DNA of 63,048 nt, the filler included, from Reclinomonas americana ATCC 50394 (lineage: Eukaryota), in the NCBI GenBank assembly GCA_048213135.1. It is 13 parts of 13 records of this genome, joined end to end, with 100 filler letters (N's around TTAATTAATTAA, not from the genome) between each part and the next. Parts side by side here need not be neighbours in the genome. Positions count along the whole stretch, not along the records: positions 1 to 5,176 come from AFZH01022810.1; positions 5,277 to 8,910 come from AFZH01022811.1; positions 9,011 to 15,067 come from AFZH01022812.1; 10 more parts are not named here. The stretch is one strand, 5' to 3'. Shown here piece by piece: positions 1 through 11,236 of this stretch. A program made the position numbers and the translations under genes. The notes under the pieces are model-generated. The model ran no database searches, was not told where the DNA came from, and saw only the letters and a program-made list of their open reading frames with translations. Every line of letters begins with the position of its first letter. The stretch's first letter is position 1.

Positions 1-1940
1 CCTCACGCCAAGCCCTCGTATACCACAGATCTCCTCCTCCACCTCCACCACCACCGCAGTCGCCCACGTCGGCAGTGGGCCTGAAGCTCGACGGCGACAG
101 TGTTACAGTGTTGGGCCTGAAAGTGGTGTCGGTGGAGAGTGAGGAGCACATGAGATTGTTGCGCACGTATCATCCACTCTTGAGCTCCACAAGTTCTGTG
201 CTCACCACAGTGTGCTTGCCAGACTGATGAACCAGGCCGCTCTTCATCGCCGGCGAGCAGTGGAGCAAGGCCGTCAGCAGCGTGAGGCAGGCGTCGAGCA
301 TGTGACACATCTCGTTGTCAACATTCACCTCACACAGCGAACCGGGCACGAAGGTGTGGTGCTGATGGCGCCTTTGCCGCCGTTGTCGTCATTTTGTCCA
401 CTCACGCACATGCACAACCATATTTGCCAGGCCGCCCGGTGGTCCTCGAGTCGCGCATGCAGATCTTTGATGTGGAGTATGTGGGGCGCGATCACAAGGA
501 CATGGTGGCGCATGCCAAGCTTGTGAAGACCTTGGCCAGCGGCACGCCAGCAGAGCCGGCGCTGTTTCGCGAGTCTCGCCTGGTCGCTTTACTGCGCGAC
601 GCCTACGGCGGCAATTCGATCACGGTGAGCGACACGCACTTTGGCACAAGAGTCACGTGCACTCACGCGCCTATGTCATCGCAACCACCACAGTCGCTGC
701 TCGCGTGTCTCGAAGAGCATCCGGCCTCCGATCCAATGCTCCTGGTGAACTCGCTGGCCGTGAGCGATCAGATCATCAATCGGCCTGTGGTGCAGGTGAC
801 GGACGACATGTCGGCGGAGGACTTGGCGAGTCGTCTGCGCATCTACGATGCGATGCTGGCGGCCTCCAACGCGCGAGTGGCGGAGCTGGAGGGCACTGTC
901 GAGCGATTGCAGGTGTCGTCGGACGAGCATGTGGCTCTCCAGCGGCAGACCGAGAAGCAGCAAGAGCGAATCGGCGAGGTTTGTCGTCGTGCATCGGCGC
1001 ACACTGGGAGTTGTCGCTCACACTCCTCTGCACACGCAGCTGGAGTCGCGGATGGGCGATCTGGAGGAGGAGGTCGAGCGATTACAGAGGGACGCGGAGG
1101 AGGAGCGGAGTACTCTCGGGGCGGCGCTGGTGGAGACCGAGACGCAGTTGCGACTGGCACACGAGGAGATCAGCATGCTGAAACACAGCACTGTGGGCCT
1201 CGGTGTGTTTTCTTCTCTCCTCCTCTATTGCGTGACGCCAGCGTGTGGCTCATCGCGCCGTGCAGAGACGTTGCGAGCGCAGTGCCACTCCGAGAAGCAT
1301 GTGCGCTTCGCGATACAGATCGCTTTTGGTGTGTGCCTCTGCTGATACCGCTGTGGCGCGCGCAGGAAATCATGCTTGAGTGGCGTCGTCGGTACGACTT
1401 GCTCCAGCAGCAACTGGACTCGCTCAAGGCCGCATACTTGGCGCAGGGCGAGGCTCTGCGCGCACGCAACAGCCGACTGAAGGAGGGCATCAGCAAGGAG
1501 AAGCGCGAATCGTTCCACTTGGCGCATCACGAGGCTCTGGAACTGCAGAGCATGTACAGAAAAGTGTCACAAGAGAACGACGAGCTGCGCGAGGAGCTCG
1601 AGGACGAAAGGATGCTCGTGTTTCGTACTTTTTCGCGCGTTCATCTTCTCACTCTCTCTTGCCTGTTTTTTTGTGTGCTGATTCCCTGGGCGGATCGCAC
1701 AGCTCTTCGCTGAATCGCCAGATCATTCGGCTGCGTGGTGCCCTGACGGAGCACATCACGGAGGTGGAGGCAGCTGCTGTCGTTGCGTGCATCTGACTCT
1801 TGTAGTCCAGCTCGTGTGTGTGATTGCTAGGATCGTGACCGTTACTCAATGCATTTGCTCAGCATGCACCGAGTCCACAGCCCGGTTTCGACGCCGAGCA
1901 GGGCCCAGACGAAGCGTGGGATGCCAACACCGCAGAGTGA
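1..1940 (+). CDS. Divergent kinesin-motor-like domain plus coiled coil; multi-exon, 5' end outside the window
   Basis: FRESRLVALLRDAYGGNSIT (about 565-624) matches the kinesin YRDSKLTRLLQDSLGGNSKT motif. Long heptad exons follow, joined by GT-AG introns. Last exon ends at TGA 1938-1940. Confidence 0.6.
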
Positions 1941-2059
1941 AACAGCCTCGCTGTGCTTGAGAATCCGTTGAAGTTCCCTGACATACTTGAACGCGCGGCA
2001 GAAGAATACTGACCGTTGAGCCCGATTTTTTTTGTTCACGAGAGTGGAGAGAAAGTGAC

Positions 2060-5000
2060 ATGAGTTCGCACATGAGCGCCGGGGGCCCGACCGAGCGCAC
2101 CTACGACGCGGCACCGCACCCACCCAAGGTTGGCCACACACCCGCACACAGGAGAGCGAGTGTGTGCTCTGCGCTGCGTGCTCACTCTCACCCACACACA
2201 CAGTTGTCGTCGTCGTCATCGATGCACGAACCGCACCCACCGAAGGACGTGGACTATGTCGACCTCGACAGTGAGCTGCACGATGTGCGCGAGGACAACA
2301 AGCGCCTCGCAGCCATGCTCGCCGAGGCATGTGCAATTCCGTCTCTCACTCCTCCACTCCCTCACACACTCACCCACTCACCCACTCACCCACTCTCTCC
2401 CTGTCTCGTCGTCATTTTCCCACTCCCGTTGAATCACCCAGGCGCTGAGCGAGAACGAGAGGCTGCGTGCCGCGTCGCCGTACGGAGGCGACAACGGAGC
2501 GACCGGTAAAATGTCGCACAGTCCGACACGCAGTGCGCAGCGCCCGGTATATTTCTCAACGGAGTCCGGATCCGTGTATGCTCACGAGAGCGGCCAGCCA
2601 CGCTCAACAGTCGTCGGTCTGCCGCCCCTGCCCCCTGCTGCATACTCGCACGGACGACCGCCTCGTGCTGGATCGCCAGGCAGCGTGGCGAGCTCACGCG
2701 CCACCACACCGAGTGCATTCATTGTGGACACTTGCGGCGATGAGTCACCGTCGTCGGCGTTGCGCTCGGCCAGTGAGGCGTCGTCGCCAACACAGCGAAT
2801 GGTGTCAGACAGCCACGGTGGAATGCACGGTGGCAGCTCGAGCTCGTTGGGAATGCGATTGCATGATGCGTCGCCTATGCCTGCAGCCACCCGACAAGCC
2901 GGTGGCATGGGCATGTTTGACGGAGACGACTCACCGGCTCGACCTGCTGCTGCCTACATGCATCCGTCGGGAGGTGTGACGAACGCTTTTGCAGTGGCCA
3001 CGACCGTGACGACGGATCCAACTGCGGAAATCGAGGGTGCACTCCGCGGGCTCATCAAAGCCGCCAGTGACACCCTCACCGTGTTTCAGTGCGGCAGTCT
3101 GCACGACAGGGTGTGTTAATGTGTTTTTGTAGTGCACGTTGCACGCCAGTCGTGCTAACCCTGGTGTTCCACAGGCACTGCAGGGACAGGTGGAACTGCA
3201 TCGCGCTACCCTGGAGCGTCTCGAGAGACTGATCTATCACAACTCGTTGCGTGGCGAGCACCGGGCGCATGCACCTTACGAGAGACAGAGAACTGTTTCT
3301 TTCATCATTCCCTCTCTCTCCTCTGTGCTTGTCCACCGTCGTTTTCCACTCCATTTGCTATCGTCAACATCTCACTGGTATCTCTGCAGTACCGATGAAA
3401 TCGAAGAGGGCCTGAGAGCGTGTGCGGAAAAGTCGCGGCGATACCACGAAGACTACGTACAGCACACTCTCAGCAAAGCGGTAGGCAGTTGTTGCGAACG
3501 AGTGCGTGTGTAAGTTCTGCTGCCTCTGACTGCATTGTTTGGTAGGAGTTGTATCGAAGAATCGACAGCATGCGCAAGAGCATTAATCGGCTGGAGGATG
3601 CTGTGCTCGACATTGACTTTACGTTTCGTTGTCTTGAGGATTCTCTTACCTCGACTTCTGAACTCACACTCGAAACTCGCAACAGTGACGAAGTGGAGTC
3701 GACACTGTACGACTGCTCGGTTGCTTCTCGTGAAGCCGTGGAGCACTACCGTCGTGGAGACGCCAACGCAGAGGTTTTGGCATTCGCACCCATGTGTTCC
3801 TTGCTGTGGCAACTCTGTATCTTATCGTTCTTCCTCGACAGATGCTTCTGAAGCAAGTCGACGCCACTCGCAAGGCCTGCAACAATCTGGAGGACGTTGC
3901 ATTGGCTTGTGACAGAAGGTTTGGCGATGAGCAACGAGATGTCCTCCACTGCGGTTCAGTTGGTGACTGTGGCGCCTTGCAGGGAAGCGGTAGAAAATCT
4001 GCTGTGGCTGTGGGTGTTTGCTGGTCGCGAGTGTTTGTATTTGTATCGTAGACGTGGTTCGCGAACGGCAGTTGCGTCACCCGTACTCTGTGCTGGCCAC
4101 GGGATAGCAGCAGTCTTATGCTGCGTGCGAACAGGAATTCATGCGCATCATTGACGAGCATCGACACACGATTGATCGGCTGGAGGAGGACATTATGTGG
4201 CGAGCGGTGGGCGAGGCCGAGGAAGAGTTTCGTGAACTCTCACGTTATCGCAGTACGAAGCTTGTGTGCTCACCGCTACTCGACAGTGGCGATTCGGCAT
4301 CCACTGAAGAAGTCGACAGATGTCGTGCGTTGTATGCACGGGCACGACGCGCCTGGCTGCGCAAGGTGTGACTTTCCCTCCTCTCATGTGCACACATGTG
4401 TGGCGAGCTCGGATCTTTCTCATCCTCTCAGTTTCTCAGATTGCGTGCTCACTCTGTTTCCCTCGCTCTCGTTCTCTTTGCTCTCTGTCTTCCTCTCCCT
4501 CTTGTTGAGTCTCGACTGCATGTTTGCTTGTGCTCGGACTTTCTCGTCCAATTTCTCTTCCTTCTCCTTCTCCTTCTCCTCCTCCTTCTTCTTCTTCTCT
4601 CTCACTGCTGCTGTTTGTGAAACGCAGGAGCTGGATTTTATGCTCCGTGGCGCTGTCAACTTTTCCGGCGGACCCGTGGAAGGCCTGTTTGTCAACCCCG
4701 ACGACAACATCTACTTTTGGCGGATCACTGTGCTCGGACCGGTGCGTCTGTGCGCACAGAGTGCAGCATTCGCTTACTCCTATAGACGACTCACGACAGT
4801 CGTGCTTTTGCAGGAAAACACGCCGTACGAGGGCGGCAACTTCACCTTCTTGCTGGATCTGTCGAGTGGCTACCCGTTCTACCCACCGACGATAACGTGT
4901 GTCACGAGGCTACTGCACCCGAACATTGACGACAGTGGCATTGTGCACATGGAGTCGCTGTCGCGAGAGAACTGGCGCTCCGGAGCACACATCTCAGAAG

Positions 5001-5176
5001 GTGCCGCACTCATGCTGCCTTTTCCTCTCCGTCCAATAGTTGCTGACACATCGTGACTCGTGTTGCACAGTGGTGGCGGAACTGGTACAGCTACTGCGTG
5101 TGCCGAGAGCACGTGCGTCATGTTTGCCCCACATCTTGAGCTGCAGCTTCTCGTAACTTATCCATCACAACGCAAT
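2060..5176 (+). CDS. Multi-exon protein with Ser/Pro-rich and coiled-coil regions and a C-terminal UBC/E2-like (UEV) domain; runs to the contig end
   Basis: Spliced exons give DNIYFWRITVLGP|ENTPYEGGNFTFLLDLSSGYPFYPPTITCVTRLLHPNIDDSGIVHM, a classic E2 fold. Continuity with the upstream exons is inferred from phase-compatible introns. Confidence 0.65.
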
Positions 5177-5276
5177 NNNNNNNNNNNNNNNNNNNNNNNN
5201 NNNNNNNNNNNNNNNNNNNNTTAATTAATTAANNNNNNNNNNNNNNNNNNNNNNNNNNNNNNNNNNNNNNNNNNNN
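5177..5276. other. Artificial contig-joining spacer (N44-TTAATTAATTAA-N44), one of 12
   Basis: Identical 100-bp all-frame-stop linkers also lie at 8911-9010, 15068-15167, 26968-27067, 30410-30509, 37975-38074, 49793-49892, 53948-54047, 55511-55610, 57050-57149, 59669-59768 and 61121-61220. Confidence 0.99.
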
Positions 5277-5475
5277 CCTCGCCGACGCAGCAATCCGTGG
5301 GCGAGTTCTTCACGGCAGCGATTGGTGCGGCCGTGGTGTACTCGGTGGCCGTGGTCTCGAACCTGCTGCTGGCGCTCCTGTTTTGTTGTGCACGCAACAA
5401 GCTCGCGGGACGGAGACAAGACGATCTGCCGATGCATGTTCAATTGGAAAACTACTGATAAAAAGCAACGAGCGG

Positions 5476-6932
5476 TCAACACGTGAGTCCGCGTGCGGCG
5501 GCACGACCCAGGCAAAAGTAGTAGAAGATGTTGGCGACGAGTCGCGCCGTCATGTACTGGTCGGCCACGTGTGGGTTGTACTCGCTGAGGTCCATGAGGC
5601 GCACTTGCGGGTGCCGGCCAGCGAGGAACGCGATCTGCAGTGCATCGGTGGCACTCAGACCACGATGGCCGGGGCAACTGACACCCTGCGATGTTGTTGT
5701 CGGTCAGTGCACTTTTCGTCTTGCGATGATACACCACCGCGACGCAACAGGCATGTCGGCCGCACGGATGCTGTCAATGTCGAAGCTGACAAAGATGGCG
5801 GTGGCCGCCGCAAAGTCCTCGTCGAGCACCTGCTTGAACCGCTCGGCGGCAGTCAGCGTCGAACCAGTGGCACCCTGCAACGCAGTCGGTGAGCGGACTC
5901 TTTACGCGCCACCATGTTCCTGCGCCGACGCACCGGTCGGATGAGCGGCATGTCGTTGACAATGTCGGCCAGCCAAATGGCCTTGCCGCCGTGCTCCTCC
6001 AGCCACTGCACGTGCTCGGCGGCACACTGCGAACCCTGCAATGCGAACTCCACAAAGGTCGACCCGGCGAACCGCTCTGCTCAGGCATACACAAACGCAT
6101 TCAGCCGCAGCAACGCAGCTCCCCCTTTTTTGGGCCTCCAAGCTTCCCCACCATCTTCCAGCAACTGGCGGAACGGTGAGCCCGAGTGCACCTTGCCCTC
6201 TTTCAGCGGCCTCACATCCGAGTGAGCGTCAATGTTGACCACACCAATGTTCCTGCGTTGCCACACCGTCAGCCTTCCTCCCCCCTGCTCCCTCTCGCCT
6301 GCAAAACGCACCGATAATGATCCAGCAACGCCGACGCATTTGGATAACTCTGATCATTACCACCGCCCATGACGAAGCTGCAAGGCACATGCATGTGAGC
6401 AAGCGACGCGCGCAAAGCAGCGGGAGAGGGCAGGCAGAATGCACATTTGTGTGGAGGGCTGTGTGGCGCCCAGCAGCTTCGACACTGTGCCCTGCAGCAC
6501 CTCATGCATGCGCTCCAGCTCGCCCAACGACGGATCCACATCACCCGCATCCGCAATGCGCAGTTCCCTGTCACCTCCTTGCTCAGTCTACACATGCACA
6601 CACACCACACGCAGCACTGCAGAGCACCTCAGGTCCAACCCGAACTCGCGATTGGTGGCGCATCCAGTGCGCTTGAGGAACCTGCACACTCACTTTGAGT
6701 CAACCGCTGCCTCTGCTGGTGAAAGAGACAAGTGGCACACACGCAACTCGCGCAGCACACGCGGAGCATCGGCCGCACCCACACGCCCTCCATTGCGTCG
6801 CACTCCCTCATTGGCCGGCATGCCCACCAGAATCACATCTGCAGCCGCGTCCTCCTCATGCCAGTCGACCAGCAGATCGCCAATCTTAAAGTCCTCTGTT
6901 TTGCTGCAAGGCGTGTGATTGGCGGCGATCAT
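5476..6932 (-). CDS. hutG: Arginase/ureohydrolase-family enzyme, formimidoylglutamase (HutG)-like; multi-exon
   Basis: Motifs EGVRRNGGRVGAADAP, GGGNDQSY, NIDAHSDVRP, HSGSPFRQ, FVSFDIDSI and DLSEYNP. ATG at 6932, TGA at 5478-5476. Confidence 0.85.
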
Positions 6933-6943
6933 AGGGTGGCGCA

Positions 6944-8269
6944 GTGATGATGATGGATGACAGCATTTTGCCGGAATTCAAACTTTTTGCCAGGATTGAG
7001 AGAGAGCGAATGCTGCTGCCTGGTGCGCAAGAGTACCTCGCGTTCTTTGGTAACATTCGCGGGTTCCGTGGACCTGCGGTGTCGCACTTTGCGGTGGAGA
7101 GTCGTCGCGTGGGAATGACGCTGTTGGATGAGCTCCGCAACATGGTGGCGACTGGCAAGTTGCCGCTGGGCGTGCAGGCGCAGCTGTTTGCCGATGTTCA
7201 GCAGTGGATCGCGAGCTGTGGCGGCGATGAGCGGGTAGCACAGGAGCGACTGCAGTCGAGTTGCGAGAGGGATGATCGAACACGGAAGGAGACACTCTCT
7301 GACGTTTACATTCTCTGCCATACGCACACACAGTGCAACAGCTCATACAAGACAAGGCGTACCCACATGCTGTTGAAGAGCGCGATTGGCTGTATGTGGT
7401 GATCGACTCTGTCTTTGACAACACTGAAGGTGGCGAGAATTCCCCTTCGCACTCTCGCTCTCTCTCTCCCTCTCACTGACAGCATGTGGTGCAGTGTACG
7501 GTGTGCGTGCCGCAGAGTTGAAAACGAAGCTGGAGCAGCATTACATCTCCACCATCGACCAGCTGTTGGAGCTGCCGATGGAGGCTTTCCTCGAGCCGTC
7601 ACTGTGTCTCCCGCTGCACGCAGCCGTCGCACTGATCCAGGCGTGTGAGCAGAGTGCGTCTTCACCTCCGCACACCTATCCGCCTTTTTGTGCACGCGAT
7701 TGAGTGGGAAGCACAGGGCTCGTCAAGCCGCCAATTGATCCGACGTGGAGATACGACATTCTGGCCTCTCCGCGCTCCGTGCGTGATTCTCCCCCAGCGG
7801 TCGTCAGTGCTCCCGTGGCTGTCGCACCTGTACGCGAGCCAGTACGTGAGCGGCGAGAGGCCACATGCATCGCGTGTCATGCGAGGAGAGATCTGGATGA
7901 GGACATGGTGCAATTCAGTGGTTGCATGGTCTGTCTGTGTGTGTGTGTTTTCGTGCTGCTCGGCGTTTCTCTGTGGTGGTGACCCACTCATGCGCACACA
8001 CAGCACACTGTGTGCAAGGCGTGCGTTCTCGAGAAGCTCAACAGGAAGAAAGTCGACGATCCGTCGCGATTGCGCTACGATCCCATGTGTGCCGTGCCTG
8101 GTTGTCCGAACGGTGGAACCGACGAGGAACGCAAGCACGTCCTCGGTGCTGCCAAGTGGACCGCCATCGAGCGCAGCGTACGTAGTGCCGTGTGCTGCAC
8201 ACTTTTGTGTACTATGACTCACAATGCTCCTTGTGCAGCTGGGGATCGCCGTCGACGATGATTGAGTAA
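6944..8269 (+). CDS. Multi-exon protein with a SAM-like helical segment and a C-terminal RING-type zinc finger
   Basis: The Cys/His pattern CIAC...GC.H..CKAC...CAVPGC resembles RING1 of RBR ligases. The segment KLEQHYISTIDQLLELP is SAM-like. Start is approximate. Confidence 0.5.
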
Positions 8270-8388
8270 GAAAAGAGTACAGTTGCTGACGTGTTGTTGT
8301 TGTTGGTAATAAGCCAAACAGTTTTTATGTGCCATCTATTTCCTTCCATTGTGCCTCCTCCCATAACGACAGTTTCGTCGTTGATGAT

Positions 8389-8910
8389 TTAGCAGCAGAG
8401 GCCCGACGATGAGGGAGCATCGGCAGCGGCCGCACCAGCGCCCGCCTCCATGCCTGCCTTCTCGCCAGCAGCGCTAGCAGAGCCAGCAGCAGCAGAGTCA
8501 GCAGCGGCCTTGGCAGCGTCGCGCTGCAGCTTGCCACGGAAGTAGTCAATGGTGGCGAGGATGCCGTCGCGCAGAGCGACCTTGGGTCCCTCCCATCCGA
8601 TCTTGGCGCGAGCCAAGCTGATGTCGGGGCGGCGGATCTTGGGATCGTCAGACGGCAGCGGCAGGCTGATGACGGAGGATGAGGAGGCGGCGAACTCGCG
8701 GATCAGGTCACCCATCTCGGCAATGGTGTGCTCCTCCGGGTTGCCGACGTTGCAGGGGCCGGGGAAGTCGCTCTCGCACAGCTTGTTGAGGCCGTCGATG
8801 AGGTCGGCGTAGAAGCAGAACGAGCGGGTCTGCGAGCCGTCACCGTACATGGTCAGCGCCTCGCCCTTGATGGCCTGCACGACAAAGTTGGAGATGATGC
8901 GGCCGTCTGC
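8389..8910 (-). CDS. UXS1: UDP-glucuronate decarboxylase, 3' part (second haplotype/copy, cut by the contig end)
   Basis: [20 protein letters not shown]...NVGNPEE...[11 protein letters not shown]; near-identical to 9337-9858. Confidence 0.9.
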   Translation of the reverse strand, partial: ADGRIISNFVVQAIKGEALTMYGDGSQTRSFCFYADLIDGLNKLCESDFPGPCNVGNPEEHTIAEMGDLIREFAASSSSVISLPLPSDDPKIRRPDISLARAKIGWEGPKVALRDGILATIDYFRGKLQRDAAKAAADSAAAGSASAAGEKAGMEAGAGAAAADAPSSSGLCC

Positions 8911-9336
8911 NNNNNNNNNNNNNNNNNNNNNNNNNNNNNNNNNNNNNNNNNNNNTTAATTAATTAANNNNNNNNNNNNNNNNNNNNNNNNNNNNNNNNNN
9001 NNNNNNNNNNGTGTACGATCCCATGTGTGCCGTGCCTGGTTGTCAGAACGGTGGAACCGACGAGGAACGCAAGCACGTCCTCGGTGCTGCCAAGTGGACC
9101 GCCATCGAGCGCAGCGTACGTACTGCCGTGTGCTGCACACTTTGTGTCCATGAATCACAATACTCCTTGTGCAGCTGGGGATTGCCGTCGACGATGATTG
9201 AGTAAGAAAAGAGTACAGTTGCTGACTTGTTGTTGTTGTTAATAAGCAAAACAGTTTTATGTGCCATCTATTTCCTTCCATTGTGCCTCCCATCCTCATC
9301 TACACCTCCCATAACGACAGTTTCGTCGTTGATGAT

Positions 9337-10596
9337 TTAGCAGCAGAGGCCCGACGATGAGGGAGCATCGGCAGCGGCCGCACCAGCGCCCGCCTCCATG
9401 CCCGCCTTCTCGCCGGCAGCGCTAGCAGAGCCAGCAGCAGCAGAGTCAGCAGCGGCCTTGGCAGCGTCGCGCTGCAGCTTGCCACGGAAGTAGTCGATGG
9501 TGGCGAGGATGCCGTCGCGCAGAGCGACCTTGGGTCCCTCCCATCCGATCTTGGCGCGAGCCAAGCTGATGTCGGGGCGGCGGATCTTGGGATCGTCAGA
9601 CGGCAGCGGCAGGCTGATGACGGAGGATGAGGAGGCGGCGAACTCGCGGATCAGGTCACCCATCTCGGCAATGGTGTGCTCCTCCGGGTTGCCGACATTG
9701 CAGGGGCCGGGGAAGTCGCTCTCACACAGCTTGTTGAGGCCGTCGATGAGGTCGGCGTAGAAGCAGAACGAGCGGGTCTGCGAGCCGTCGCCGTACATGG
9801 TCAGCGCCTCGCCCTTGATGGCCTGCACGACAAAGTTGGAGATGATACGGCCGTCTGCGTGGAAAATAGAAGGTGAGCACTTTCTGTTTTCTCCTTGTCC
9901 ATGAGTTGTCAAGAGATGCACAAACCATTGGGGTCCATACGCGGGCCGTAGGTGTTGAAGATGCGGGCGACGCGCACCTCGACGCCACGCGCGCGCATGA
10001 AGTCAAACGCCAGCGTCTCGGCGCAGCGCTTGCCCTCGTCGTAGCAGGCACGAATGCCGGTGCACGAGGTGTTGCCGCGGTACGACTCCACCTGCGGGTG
10101 CACCTCGGGATCACCGTACACCTCCGAGGTGGAGGTGATGAAGAAGCGGGCGCCGGTGCGCTCGCACAGCTCCAGCGCATTCAGCGTTCCCCACACCGAC
10201 GTCTTGAGTGTGAACACCGGGTCCTTCTGGTAGTGCGGCGGCGAGGCCGGGCACGCCATGCAGTAGACGCGATCGAACTTGACGTCGCTGCCGAACAGCT
10301 CGGTCACCTTGGCCGCGTCGAGCGGGTTGATGACGTCGTGGGTGGCGTAGTGGAAGCGATCACCACCGTTGCGGATGGCATCCTGAATGTTGTCGAGGGT
10401 GCCGGTAAAGTAGTTGTCGATGCAGTAGACCTCGTGACCCTGCTTCAGCAGCAGGTCGCACATGTGCGAGCCGAGGAAACCAGCACCACCTGAATGGAGA
10501 GGAATCACGAGGGCAAGGATGAGTGCATGGCCACCACCTCGCGAGTATGCAATGTGGTGGGCACAAACCGGTGACCAAAATCTTCATCGACGACAT
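9337..10596 (-). CDS. UXS1: UDP-glucuronate decarboxylase (UDP-xylose synthase), 3 exons
   Basis: [58 protein letters not shown] at 9339-9337. Confidence 0.93.
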
Positions 10597-11236
10597 GATG
10601 GAGTTGTGTGGAGTGAGTGATTGGGTGGGTGTGAGATGGGAGTGGTTCGTGCTCTAAGGCGGGTGGTGAATTATTGACGCAGGCTTCGGCGGCGGTTTTG
10701 TCGGCTGGCGGAAACGGAGAATAACGAAATCGGCAGACTGTATGTACAAGTCGAGCATTTTCTTCGGTGCGATGCGTTTCGAACCGGCAGTGCAAGATTC
10801 CTGTTGGGGGGTAGAGGTGGTGGTCATGATGGTGGTCTGTAGCGCGTCAGGCTCGATGGTGTGGCCTCGAAAACGAGCACGGGAGATATCGAATGCGATA
10901 AAACGGAAAAACTTTACGGTACACGAAAAACCGTTTCCGAAGTATGCATGGCAATGCAGAATGAGGACGGTGGATGCAGTCGATTGTGGCGGGTGAGTGG
11001 GAGGTTATGCTCCGGTTCACGAACGGGTTCGAATCGCGGAACGAGGCCAACTTTTGTTTGTCCCTGCGGACGTGACTCATTGTCCCGCAACGTTCGTCAG
11101 CGCGACCGCTCGTACACATCGTGGCTTGCGTTCGCGAGAGTGTGTGTGCGAGAGAGTGTGTGCACGTGAGTGTAGGGCACGCGTGGAGAGTGAGCGCGAG
11201 TGAGTGTGTGAGAGAGAGAAACGCGTGGTGTAGAAA

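Noticed and set aside
5221..5232. Recurrent TTAATTAATTAA palindrome, and ORFs containing X runs
   Set aside because: Always centred in an identical 100-bp N spacer. It is an assembly linker, so adjacency across it carries no biological meaning.
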